DNA of 64,000 nucleotides from Spirochaetia bacterium (lineage in GTDB: Bacteria > Spirochaetota > Spirochaetia > UBA9216). The notes under the pieces were generated by a model. The model ran no database searches, was not told where the DNA came from, and worked only from the letters and a program-made list of their open reading frames with translations. Shown one piece after another: positions 49,125 to 58,673 of this stretch. The position numbers and the translations under genes were made by a program. The stretch spans positions 992,001 to 1,056,000 of the forward strand of contig CAXXYH010000003.1 in NCBI GenBank assembly GCA_963677925.2, in the 5' to 3' direction. The first letter of the stretch is position 1; each line of letters starts with the position of its first letter.

Positions 49125-50520
49125 ACCTGACTCCCTCTTTCAGATTATCTAATCTAGCCCTGCATATCTCCCTGAAATACTTGGCGTTAAACCCTTCAAG
49201 CAGGAACTGGTAATCTATTCTTTTATCACTTATATAACGATCGATATCCCTTGTCAGAATTCCAAGATGTATCTCTTCGCCCGCGGATGAGGTTCCGCAG
49301 CTGAAAGTAATGTAATATCTTGCCGGCCAGAATGCCGGATTGGCATCAAGCACTTTCTGAAAAGCAGAAAGTGCTGCAGATTTGTCCCCCTTCTGCAGAG
49401 GGATAAACCCGCCGAAAAAGCTGTAAAGACTCTGAGGATGTTCATTGGGTTTCAGCTGTGCAAACAGAACTTCGGCTTTTTTAAGGTTGTTTCTGCCAAG
49501 CTCGGAAAGAATATCAGCAAATTTTTCAGCCGATCTCAAGGCCGGGGAATCATCATCTGTAAAAATAGGGTTGTTAAGAATATTTGTGATAAACAGACAA
49601 ACCTGCTTTTCATCAGGAGGAGCCTGAAGCTCGGCTTTATGGATAACTTTTTTTACCGGCTCAGCAGATATGATATGACTGGGCACCGGCTGAATATTTG
49701 CCGGCTCCATATGAAGAGGATCTTTCTTCCTTAAAAAATAACAGTAGTCACTGGAAATAACTTCAAGCTGGGGATGTGATATGTGTGCAACCTCAGAAGC
49801 CGACAGAATCAGAATTCCTCTGTTTTTTAGCTTCTCGGTAATTTTGTTGATAACCTTCTGTTTATTTTCAAGATTCATATAGATCAGTGTATTCCTGAGA
49901 AAAACACAGTCCATCATGGGAAGATCGGCAAGGCTGTCATTATAAAGATTGATTTCCCGGATATCTATTTTATTCATGACATCTTCTTTAATAGATAGTT
50001 CTTCAGAGCCTTCAGATCGGGATGAAACCTCATCAAGCAGTTCATGAAAAAGCTTCCCGTCGGTTCGGAGTGCTCCCTTACGGAATATTCCTTTCCGGAA
50101 TTTATTCAAAATATGAGCGTTAATATCACTCGCATAAACCTTAAACGGCAGCCTGAGCTTTCCGTTCATCAGTGCATATAATGAAACAGGTTCTTCACCT
50201 GATGAACAGCTTGCACTCCAAATATTAATTGAGCCGCCTTCATTGTTCTTTTCAGGTATAAATACATCCCTGAGATATTTGAATTGTTTTTCTTCTCTGA
50301 AAAAATAGGTTTCATTTATAGTAACATGATCAAGTAAGCGTTCGTATTCTTCCTTTACTGTCTTAAGGATATTGAGATATACCTGTGCAGATCCGTTGAA
50401 ATCCTTTAACCGGTCATCAAGGTAGCCGTTGAAACTCATCATGTTTACAGGCTTCAGGTCAATCCCTGTGTGATATTCAATAAACCTTATTATTTCTGCG
50501 TATGAACTCATAGGCCGCAC
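49114..50520 (-). CDS. cheR: CheR methyltransferase with C-terminal TPR-like region (WspC-like)
   Basis: TINETYFFRE, IWSASCSSGEEP, ASDIN, FLRNTLIYM; helical C-terminal extension. Confidence 0.92.
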   Translation of the reverse strand: MRPMSSYAEIIRFIEYHTGIDLKPVNMMSFNGYLDDRLKDFNGSAQVYLNILKTVKEEYERLLDHVTINETYFFREEKQFKYLRDVFIPEKNNEGGSINIWSASCSSGEEPVSLYALMNGKLRLPFKVYASDINAHILNKFRKGIFRKGALRTDGKLFHELLDEVSSRSEGSEELSIKEDVMNKIDIREINLYNDSLADLPMMDCVFLRNTLIYMNLENKQKVINKITEKLKNRGILILSASEVAHISHPQLEVISSDYCYFLRKKDPLHMEPANIQPVPSHIISAEPVKKVIHKAELQAPPDEKQVCLFITNILNNPIFTDDDSPALRSAEKFADILSELGRNNLKKAEVLFAQLKPNEHPQSLYSFFGGFIPLQKGDKSAALSAFQKVLDANPAFWPARYYITFSCGTSSAGEEIHLGILTRDIDRYISDKRIDYQFLLEGFNAKYFREICRARLDNLKEGVRYGN

Positions 50521-51563
50521 ATTTCTTTTAATTCGGATGATATTTTCTGCAGCGGCAGAATTTTTGTTGCTGCATTAAGTTCCGCGGCGGCCTTGGGCAT
50601 TCCGTATATCAGCGATGTTTCACGGTCCTGAACAAGGGTTCGGCCTCCGGACTGTAAAATCTTAAGACAGCCGTCAGCTCCGTCCCGGCCCATTCCCGTA
50701 AGCAGAACACCTATTACGCCGCTGCCGTGACTGGCTGCCGCCGAGAAAAACATTTTGTCAACCGAAGGCTTCTGGTTCTGCAGTTTAGGAGAATCATCCC
50801 AGTATGCCTTCTGTTTCGTACAGCAGAGATGATAGGTTGACGGAGCCACAAGTACAGTACCAGGCTGAATTGTGTCATTTTCCTCTGAGATTCTGACGGT
50901 AAGCTCGGTGCCCTCATCCAGCCAGCGTGCGTAGCCCTCATCATAGCCCTCTTCTATATGCTGGCTCAGCAGTATGCCGACAGGGAAATTCCCCGGCAGT
51001 CCTTTTAAGACCTCACGTACAGCCGACGGTCCTCCGGTAGAGGCCCCTATTACAACGAGGGTGCAGGCCTTCCCTCCTGATAAACCTGGAGACGGTTTTA
51101 CGGACAAAGATGAAAAATCTCCTGCGGGGGGGGTAAGTTCCGTCTTCTCAATAATCATTTTTTTATTAAGTCTGAAACTTCCGAACCGTCCGGTATTTTC
51201 AAGAACTGTTTTGAAGGAAGCAGCAAACTCAGGGTCATTCATTTTACTTACTGCCGGCTTCGGAATAACTTCAAGTGCGCCCTTATTAAGGGCATTGAAT
51301 CCGACCTCGGAAATATCTTCACTTGTAAGAATCACTATCGGCAGAGGAGTGTTCTGCATAATTATCTCTGTGGCTGTAATGCCGTCCATAAGCGGCATAT
51401 TGACATCCATCAGAAGAAGGTCGGGCTTGAGTGATTTAACAAGCTCAATGGCCTGCTGACCGTTACTGCCTTCTCCTACTACTTCAAAACCGCCTAGTGA
51501 CTCAAGCAGCTGCTTTATAATTGAGCGTACCAGGTATGAATCATCAACCAATACTATTTTCAT
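50508..51563 (-). CDS. cheB: CheB methylesterase / response regulator
   Basis: Start moved to ATG 51563; receiver VDDS..LMDVNMP..KP; GASTGGP, QH, LLTGMGRDG, YGMP. Confidence 0.95.
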   Translation of the reverse strand: MKIVLVDDSYLVRSIIKQLLESLGGFEVVGEGSNGQQAIELVKSLKPDLLLMDVNMPLMDGITATEIIMQNTPLPIVILTSEDISEVGFNALNKGALEVIPKPAVSKMNDPEFAASFKTVLENTGRFGSFRLNKKMIIEKTELTPPAGDFSSLSVKPSPGLSGGKACTLVVIGASTGGPSAVREVLKGLPGNFPVGILLSQHIEEGYDEGYARWLDEGTELTVRISEENDTIQPGTVLVAPSTYHLCCTKQKAYWDDSPKLQNQKPSVDKMFFSAAASHGSGVIGVLLTGMGRDGADGCLKILQSGGRTLVQDRETSLIYGMPKAAAELNAATKILPLQKISSELKEMCGL

Positions 51564-52098
51564 TGTTTTTTCCTGTAAGAATATTCCTGATATTTGTTTC
51601 AATATCTATGAAGAACTGGATACGTGATTCATTGCTGAAACGGCAGCCAAGCAGTCCGTTTCGAAGAAGAAGACCATCAAGTCCGGGGGGATTAACATAA
51701 AATTCGTTCAAAGACAGTGTCTTTATCTCGACCTGGCTTGAAACAATCAGACCGATACTGTCTATATGGACATCCTCATGCAGATCGGTAATCTTCATTA
51801 CCCGCTGAATTGTTTCATTGTTATAATCCGCTATATTCACTATGAGGCAGAGTTTGAGCCGTGAAGGATTTTTACATTTATAATTGTCCATCAGGAACTG
51901 ATCAAAATCACAGAGGACAAGATTTCTGCTGTTATAATCAGTGTATTTATCAAAATAGTCAGGACAGCCTGAATGAACTTCATAAAGTTCATTCAGGGAG
52001 GAGCTGCCTGTAAACTGGCTGCGATGGATTAGAAAATCAATTTCACGGTACTGCAGAACCAGAAAATCAGCACTGCTTCCATCGGAATTAATAGGCAC
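51544..52098 (-). CDS. Divergent CheW-like coupling protein
   Basis: Lies between cheW and cheB; weak CheW pattern (FLVL, IGLIVSS, IQFFIDIE). Confidence 0.55.
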   Translation of the reverse strand: MPINSDGSSADFLVLQYREIDFLIHRSQFTGSSSLNELYEVHSGCPDYFDKYTDYNSRNLVLCDFDQFLMDNYKCKNPSRLKLCLIVNIADYNNETIQRVMKITDLHEDVHIDSIGLIVSSQVEIKTLSLNEFYVNPPGLDGLLLRNGLLGCRFSNESRIQFFIDIETNIRNILTGKNNENSIG

Positions 52099-52627
52099 TG
52101 ATATCGCCCTCCATCTTCTTTATCAGTGTGTTAAGATCAAATACAAAGATTTCTTCTGTATCAGTCGGGTTTATAGTGCCTATAAAATAGTCCTCATCCG
52201 GAATGGTGGATGTTATCCTGTGCAGTTCACTTTCCGGCAGATTTACAATCTCGACTACATCCGAAATAAGAATGGCAAGCTGATCATCCGCCCTGTTTAA
52301 AATCAGAAAGGTTGAAGAATCAAGCTTCTCTCCCTCCAGTATCACAGTCATGTCAATAACAGTATAGGGTTCACCATGCCGGTTAATAAAACCGCTGATA
52401 TACGGAGGTGTAAAGGGGACATAGAATACCGGCGTATTTCCGATTATCTCCTTTACTTCATCTGCAAACAATGCAAATTTTTTATCCTTGATTCCAATAA
52501 TCATATACTTGTTGTATTTCTGCGAGATTATAGCGGCTTTACCGTCTTTTTCGCTTCTAATCCGGCTTATCCTGTTCAGGATTTCCCTGGTCTCATTCGT
52601 CCGGCTGCTTTCTTCATTCTGCATCAT
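52088..52627 (-). CDS. cheW: CheW coupling protein
   Basis: FAL..DEVKEI, VPFTPPYISGFINRHGEPYTVID, AILISDV. Confidence 0.9.
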   Translation of the reverse strand: MMQNEESSRTNETREILNRISRIRSEKDGKAAIISQKYNKYMIIGIKDKKFALFADEVKEIIGNTPVFYVPFTPPYISGFINRHGEPYTVIDMTVILEGEKLDSSTFLILNRADDQLAILISDVVEIVNLPESELHRITSTIPDEDYFIGTINPTDTEEIFVFDLNTLIKKMEGDISAY

Positions 52628-52646
52628 TCACCTCCAGTCAGGGTTC

Positions 52647-53054
52647 TCAATAAAAATCTTCACTGAAAAGTCCGCGCCGTGCCTTCTTTTCACCATCACT
52701 GAACCCAATCTTGGCAATAAGAACCGCTACAGCCTTTTCAAGCTCGAGTGTTTTTCCAGTAAATTCCATTCCATAGTAATGATGTCCGGTCTTTCTATCC
52801 TGTTTATTCCATCTTGTTTCTACTGTTATCGGAGGCAGAGGCACACTTATAAATCCTTCAAAGGGTATCTTTATCTCTATCGTTCCCTTAAAGCCGGAAT
52901 CGATAGGCTGCTCAGCCAGAAGAAGGACTCCATTGGAACTGATGTCTGCCAGCTTACCGATCATATTCCCGGTTTCGGTATCCTCTATATCAAGATAGTA
53001 AACAAGATTTCTTCTTTTTATTTCGCGCACTGTATCACCTTTATCTGCATGCAA
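52647..53054 (-). CDS. Single-domain PilZ protein (c-di-GMP receptor)
   Basis: RxxxR (REIKR) and DxSxxG (DISSNG); TRW...YGMEF. Confidence 0.85.
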   Translation of the reverse strand: MHADKGDTVREIKRRNLVYYLDIEDTETGNMIGKLADISSNGVLLLAEQPIDSGFKGTIEIKIPFEGFISVPLPPITVETRWNKQDRKTGHHYYGMEFTGKTLELEKAVAVLIAKIGFSDGEKKARRGLFSEDFY

Positions 53055-53056
53055 TT

Positions 53057-55051
53057 TTATTCGATGTCACTTACATTATACTTATCAACCAGTTCCTTAA
53101 GTCCGTCGGCCATGGCTTTCAGATTTTCGGTTGATGCTGATGTTGACCTGGTGGAAACAACAAAATTATCTATACCGCCTGATATCTGCCTTAATGTCAG
53201 AAGAATCTGCTCAAACGCAGAAACCTGCTGATTGATAGATACGTTTATCTGCTGTGCCGATTCCGCTGATATTTCCGCAGAGCTTAAAACATCCTCGAAT
53301 ATTTTTCGGAGAGCACCTGAAAGCTCACCGCCTTCCCTGATATGTTCAGTTCCCTCTTCAGAAGCAATAATGAGGTTATCTGAAGAATGCTGAATTTCGT
53401 TAATCTTTCCCTTTATTTCACTTGTGGAAGACATCGTAATATCAGCAAGACGTCTGATTTCTGTTGCAACTATCTGAAAATTCTTTCCTGCTTCACCTGC
53501 GGCAGAAGCCTCCAGTTCCGCATTGAATGCAATAATTTTAGTCTGATCGGCAATCCCGTTAATTATATTTACAATCTCCCAGATGCTGTCTATCTTTTCG
53601 CTTAGTGCTTTTATTCCGTCGATAGTCTCCGAGTTTGATTTTTTAATTTCATCCATCTTTTCCAGGGTGCCCTGAACTGTTGAAAAGCCTGTCTGCACGA
53701 CCTCTCTTGTATTATCAGAAATTCTGGTCACCTCTTCGATCCTGTTTGCTATATTCTTTGACAGCTGATCAGAATCCTCCATGGTCGTAACTATTTCTTT
53801 TACTGCTGCAGCCTGCTCATTTGATGTTGCAGTAATCTGCTGGGATGATACCGAGAGATTCTGAACCGATTCAAAAAGCTCTGCAGAGGTAGATTTTATC
53901 CTTCTGAGCATATCCTCAACTGTATCAATCAAAGCGTTAAAATGAATTGATACTGTTCCTATTTCATCATGGCTTTTCTGCTCTACCCGTCCGGTCAAAT
54001 CGCCGGCGGCAATATTCTCAGTAAGTATTTTAATCTGTATCAGAGGCTTCAGGATACGTTTGAGAATAAGGGCAATAAGGTAATTGGCAAAAATAAAGGC
54101 GACAAAAAGAATAATTACACTGATAATTTTTATTTTATTCAGAAGACCGAACATATCGCTTGTATATGCCTTGGTAACAATGATTAGATCCAGGTCGGGA
54201 TAGGCTCTGAAAATTGCGATAGAATCTGAATCAATTTTATCACCAAGCATTCTGTAGGTTATCGAACCGTTCTGCTTCTTGATGATATCCCTTATAAAAT
54301 AGCTTCCATCTTCAGCCTGGTTATCATAAAGGCTTTCACCCTTAAGTGTTGGATGAATAAGAAGTTTGCCCTCATTATTCATGATATACGGATATCCGTT
54401 TTCACCTATTTTTATGCTCAGAATCCTTTTTTCAAGCTCGCCCAGATCAACCAGTTTATGGAATTCCGATTTATAAGATGAGGCCCAAATTATAAGATCC
54501 CAGGGTTTAAAATATGCCATACCGCCCGCTTTTGAGCGTGGTTTATCTTCATTCTTGTTCTGCCACTCATATTCCAGATACCCTTCCTTCATTGAAGTAG
54601 CTCTTTTCATAAAATCATAACCGCTTGCATCCGCCCCTTCCGAAAGAGGATGTATTACAAGAACACCCTTTCCGTCCACTCCGGCAAGATACCCGGTTTC
54701 ACCGATCTTTCCGATATCAGGATCAAGGATGATATTTTTTACATTCTGCCATGCCCGGGCTTCTGTCTGCCGTCCGGCTTTAAATTGATCATATTCATGT
54801 TCCACCAGCCGTTTTACCATTTCAGCTGTGCTGATAAGATAATTCTGAACGCTGGCATCCACATAGCTGTCGGTAAGCTGGTAAATCAATTCCGTTGTAT
54901 TTGAAAGCTCGTTCCGGTACTGCTTATCAAGACCGGATGTAAGATTTACAAAAATTCCAACCCCAAGCCCTGCCAGAACTATAACGAAAAGAACTCCGAA
55001 CACAGCCTGGATTTTTACACTGACACTTGAAAGTAATCTCCTAATATCCAT
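53057..55051 (-). CDS. Methyl-accepting chemotaxis protein with tandem Cache sensor; first gene of the Che operon
   Basis: TM-Cache-Cache-TM-HAMP; tip IADQTKIIAFNAELEASAAGEAGKNFQIVATEIRRLAD. Confidence 0.93.
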   Translation of the reverse strand: MDIRRLLSSVSVKIQAVFGVLFVIVLAGLGVGIFVNLTSGLDKQYRNELSNTTELIYQLTDSYVDASVQNYLISTAEMVKRLVEHEYDQFKAGRQTEARAWQNVKNIILDPDIGKIGETGYLAGVDGKGVLVIHPLSEGADASGYDFMKRATSMKEGYLEYEWQNKNEDKPRSKAGGMAYFKPWDLIIWASSYKSEFHKLVDLGELEKRILSIKIGENGYPYIMNNEGKLLIHPTLKGESLYDNQAEDGSYFIRDIIKKQNGSITYRMLGDKIDSDSIAIFRAYPDLDLIIVTKAYTSDMFGLLNKIKIISVIILFVAFIFANYLIALILKRILKPLIQIKILTENIAAGDLTGRVEQKSHDEIGTVSIHFNALIDTVEDMLRRIKSTSAELFESVQNLSVSSQQITATSNEQAAAVKEIVTTMEDSDQLSKNIANRIEEVTRISDNTREVVQTGFSTVQGTLEKMDEIKKSNSETIDGIKALSEKIDSIWEIVNIINGIADQTKIIAFNAELEASAAGEAGKNFQIVATEIRRLADITMSSTSEIKGKINEIQHSSDNLIIASEEGTEHIREGGELSGALRKIFEDVLSSAEISAESAQQINVSINQQVSAFEQILLTLRQISGGIDNFVVSTRSTSASTENLKAMADGLKELVDKYNVSDIE

Positions 55052-55162
55052 CCTTGTATCTCCTACATTTAATTTTCGGCAAAATCAGAGGCAATTTCCA
55101 ATCATTATTCAAGTATCCGGAAAACCTGTACAAAAAGAGTCAAAAGTAGTAATTTCTGGAGT

Positions 55163-55366
55163 ATGGAAGATAGAATAATATCTCTTGAAACTAAACTTGC
55201 TTTTGCAGAAGACAGCATTCAGGAATTGAACAAAACGGTACTTTCCCAGGAGAAGGATATACAGAAGCTTCGGGCTTTCTGTCTGGAGCTGCAGAAGAAA
55301 TTAAACGATCTGGCAGAATCTGATAACTCAGATTTCAGTGCTGATCAGAGACCGCCGCATTATTAA
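55163..55366 (+). CDS. slyX: SlyX family protein
   Basis: RIISLETKLAFAEDSIQELN...RPPHY. Confidence 0.92.
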   Translation: MEDRIISLETKLAFAEDSIQELNKTVLSQEKDIQKLRAFCLELQKKLNDLAESDNSDFSADQRPPHY

Positions 55367-55372
55367 TACTAA

Positions 55373-55421
55373 AAGACCTGCAGAAAATAGTTGAAATACT
55401 CCAATTATCACTGCAGGTCTT
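55373..55421. terminator. Long hairpin between convergent genes
   Basis: AAGACCTGCAG...CTGCAGGTCTT with inner ATAGTTG/CAATTAT pairing. Confidence 0.6.
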
Positions 55422-55459
55422 AATCTTTAAACTGTTTTAATAAACAATGTATGGTCTTT

Positions 55460-56170
55460 CTACTCGCTCCAGGTTCCGCTTCTGGATTCTCCTGTTAATG
55501 AAGGAATTTCAAGCTTCATGCCGGGAATTATCAAATCTGGATTGTCGGGATCCGGCATTGAAGATTTATTCTTTTCGTAGATAAGCCTCCAGAGAGTCGG
55601 ATCTCCGTATATGAAGCTGTAGCCTGCAATATTCCACAAACAGTCTGCATTTCCGGGAAGCAGCCTAACAGTATAGTATCGCGGTTTTGATACTGTTTTT
55701 TCAGGTTCAGCCTCCGGCGCTGCTCCGCTTCCGATATAATGGATGACTTTCATGACCTCAAGAGCCTGTTTTGAGCTGTCAATACTTCCTTCATAGTCCT
55801 CGGTTTTATACTGCTCAACAGCAGTATTATAAAGATTCTTTCCTTCCGCAAACTCTGCAGGGAAGTTCTTTTCAGCCTGCCAGAGTGAGGCAGTCTGTAT
55901 TCTGTCTTTTGTCAGTACAATATAGCTGTTTGCCCTGTACTGAAGCAGCTTTTTCTGTACATATTCATCGGCTAATTCAGCGTAATGACGCGACTCTTCC
56001 GCAAGCTGTCTGGCAAGATCGTAATCGCCCTCATCGAAGGCTGCTTCACTCTGCTTTTTCAGCTGCACCGAGCGGTTATAATCCGGATTATCCCGCAGGG
56101 ACTGGGAAAACAAGGTTTCCCCTGAAATTAAAACCAGTATCGTAAGAAGAAAAATTATCTTTTTGATCAT
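55460..56170 (-). CDS. Secreted helical protein with C-terminal LysM domain
   Basis: Signal peptide; YTVR...DCLWNIAG..IYGDP.LW.LIY..N...NPDLIIPGMKLEIP. Confidence 0.88.
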   Translation of the reverse strand: MIKKIIFLLTILVLISGETLFSQSLRDNPDYNRSVQLKKQSEAAFDEGDYDLARQLAEESRHYAELADEYVQKKLLQYRANSYIVLTKDRIQTASLWQAEKNFPAEFAEGKNLYNTAVEQYKTEDYEGSIDSSKQALEVMKVIHYIGSGAAPEAEPEKTVSKPRYYTVRLLPGNADCLWNIAGYSFIYGDPTLWRLIYEKNKSSMPDPDNPDLIIPGMKLEIPSLTGESRSGTWSE

Positions 56171-56631
56171 TCATCTCCTCCGGTTTCCTCAAGAGCATCC
56201 TCACTGTTTTTTTCTGTTTTGGATATAGCATCATCTGCTGCCTTCATTGCAGCAAGGGCTTCTTCCCTCTTTTTGAGAGCAATATCGGCCGATTCATCAA
56301 ACTTCTCAGAGGCAAGACTGTACAGTTCAAAAGCATCGGAATAATTTTCATCGGCAAAGGCATCATCGGCATGTTCATAGTACTCCATAGCCTTGATGTA
56401 TTCATCAGGTGCAGCTTTTGGAGCCTTTAGTTCAACGGCCTTCTCCTGCGAGGTTCCAGCCAGTTTTTTTGCATCTTCGGCCTCGGTTTTTCCTGCTTTT
56501 ACGGTAACGACAGGAGTTTCAGACCGCCCGGATTCCGGGTCAGGACTTATCGTTTCTTCCGGCGTAGTAGCACATGAAAATGAAATAAGTAGAATTAATG
56601 TAATTAAAATTGGAAATAATAACTTACGCAT
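56167..56631 (-). CDS. Helical lipoprotein, cotranscribed with the LysM gene
   Basis: Lipobox SFSC; Ala-rich helices; 4-nt overlap with LysM gene. Confidence 0.78.
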   Translation of the reverse strand: MRKLLFPILITLILLISFSCATTPEETISPDPESGRSETPVVTVKAGKTEAEDAKKLAGTSQEKAVELKAPKAAPDEYIKAMEYYEHADDAFADENYSDAFELYSLASEKFDESADIALKKREEALAAMKAADDAISKTEKNSEDALEETGGDE

Positions 56632-56734
56632 ATTTTACCTTCTCCAGAAAGAATAATATCTCAAATTCCGCATAATTCATATACTAACTGATATTTCATT
56701 GCAATTGAGAACTGTTTCACTATATTATCCTTGT

Positions 56735-58243
56735 ATGAGGCTTAATTACTACCTTAGCATCATGATAATCATTGTTTCATCCCTGATGCTCTTTATTGGC
56801 ATCTGGTGTGCAAGAAAAAGAGAAGTAAAAGGTGCACGGACTTTTTCATTACTGATACTTGCAATGGTTATTCATTCCTTCGGTTATGCCTTTGAGCTTA
56901 TTGGCAGCAGTCTGAGCCGGATGTTTCTCTGTATCAGAATTGAGTATATAGGAGTTGCATTCTACCCCTATCTTCTGCTGCTGTTTACAAGCGAATACAC
57001 TGATGAAAGAAAGATAGCAAACAGGGTGGTCAGGGCAATAATTCTATCCCTCAATATCGCCACATTCTTTATTGTCCAGACAAACAGCGCACACCTTCTT
57101 TACTATCGATCAGTAACTGCCGGCAGTCCATATGGATTTCCGCTTCTTATTCTTGAACCCGGTCCATGGTATGCAGTACAAACGCTGCTGCTGTTTTCTA
57201 CCGCCCTGTACAGTGTAATTATATTCATCTACCGGATGAGGCGGCTCGACAGAAATGCACGTAAGCGCGCCGGGTTTCTTTTGATAGGAATTCTCATTCC
57301 CTGTATTGCAACAGTTCTCGCGATTACAGGTGTACTCCCAAGTCATATTGATTTTTCACCAATCAGCTATTTTCTGCTTGTTATTAATTATATAACCGGG
57401 CTGTTCAGGTACAGGCTGTTTCTGGTCAGTGAACTGTCGCACGAAATGATTCTTGATACTATCGAGGAAGCTGTCATAGTAATTTCGGATGACGGAATCG
57501 TGATAAATACAAATTCAGCTGTTACGGAGTATTTTCCGCCTCTTAACAATATATCAGTAGGTGATCGGCTGGCTGATTATCCGGAACTCTCAGGAATTCT
57601 TGAAAAAGAAAGGACTGATGAGATCAGCATTGGAGAAGACTTCTACCAGCTGAAAGTAATCCCCTATCAGAAACAGCATTGTACATTATACGTATTCAGC
57701 AATATTACACAGCGTACCGCAGCCAGGATCAAACTTGAAAAACTGGCGGTTACAGACCCGCTTACAGGGGTCTATAATAGAAGATACTTTATGACTGAAT
57801 GTGAAAAGGAAATAAAGGAAGCTCTGCGTTATCATTATCCTGTTTCAGCGATAATGCTTGATATTGATGATTTTAAAATTATTAATGACCAATACGGACA
57901 TAAATCAGGTGATGAGGCACTATGCCGGCTGACGGAAATATGCCTGAACCAACTGAGAGAAATTGATATTCTTGCCAGATACGGGGGTGAGGAATTTGTG
58001 ATTATGCTGCCTCATACTGAATGCCGTGAAGCCGTTGAAATAGCGGAAAGACTAAGGGAAGCCGTTGCAGGCGATAATGCCACGAATTTCACGATCAGTC
58101 TGGGAGTAAGCTGTCTCAGCGACAGTGAGATAAGTGATGTAGATCATCTTATAAACAACTCTGACACAGCCATGTATTTCTCAAAAAGAACCGGAAAAAA
58201 CAAAACCTCAGCCTTCAGCAATTTACCGCAATCTGCAGAATAA
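56735..58243 (+). CDS. 7TM (HisKA_7TM-like) PAS diguanylate cyclase
   Basis: Seven hydrophobic helices, PAS-like, DPLTGVYNRR, DIDDFK, RxxD I-site (REID), GGEEF. Confidence 0.92.
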   Translation: MRLNYYLSIMIIIVSSLMLFIGIWCARKREVKGARTFSLLILAMVIHSFGYAFELIGSSLSRMFLCIRIEYIGVAFYPYLLLLFTSEYTDERKIANRVVRAIILSLNIATFFIVQTNSAHLLYYRSVTAGSPYGFPLLILEPGPWYAVQTLLLFSTALYSVIIFIYRMRRLDRNARKRAGFLLIGILIPCIATVLAITGVLPSHIDFSPISYFLLVINYITGLFRYRLFLVSELSHEMILDTIEEAVIVISDDGIVINTNSAVTEYFPPLNNISVGDRLADYPELSGILEKERTDEISIGEDFYQLKVIPYQKQHCTLYVFSNITQRTAARIKLEKLAVTDPLTGVYNRRYFMTECEKEIKEALRYHYPVSAIMLDIDDFKIINDQYGHKSGDEALCRLTEICLNQLREIDILARYGGEEFVIMLPHTECREAVEIAERLREAVAGDNATNFTISLGVSCLSDSEISDVDHLINNSDTAMYFSKRTGKNKTSAFSNLPQSAE

Positions 58244-58283
58244 TTATTTGACTCACAGATAGAACTGATTCATAATTATCTGT

Positions 58284-58673
58284 ATGCACAGGTTATCGTA
58301 TAAACTGATGCTGCTTGCATCCCTGCTGATTACTGCTGGGGGAATTTTCACCCTGATTCCGAGGGCTGCCGCCGGCTATCCGAATATTCTGGGTTACAGG
58401 TCTGTATGCACTTTTGCTCCTTCTGCAACATTATTCTGCTTTTTTACAGCCGGCACCATCTGCTTCTTCAGAGCCGCGTTTATCAAAGACCAGTCCGGTA
58501 CAGCTGCAGAAAGATTTAAAAAACACCGGAAATTTCTTTTTCTGCCGGGTATAGTACTTGGCGCGGCGATAATCACTGCAATATATTTTGCAGATATCAA
58601 ATCAGAATACACTGACGGAACAACATCCGCAACAGTGATGGAGAGTACAGATGAGCCAGAGAGAACAGATTGA
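58284..58673 (+). CDS. Small membrane protein with Cys residues and C-terminal DGTTSAT
   Basis: Three hydrophobic segments; LGYRSVCTFAP; promoter TTGACT-17-CATAAT upstream. Confidence 0.7.
   Translation: MHRLSYKLMLLASLLITAGGIFTLIPRAAAGYPNILGYRSVCTFAPSATLFCFFTAGTICFFRAAFIKDQSGTAAERFKKHRKFLFLPGIVLGAAIITAIYFADIKSEYTDGTTSATVMESTDEPERTD

Noticed and set aside
52488-53231. 247-aa plus-strand ORF
   Set aside because: Antisense to cheW, PilZ and MCP genes that have clear motifs; no recognisable domain
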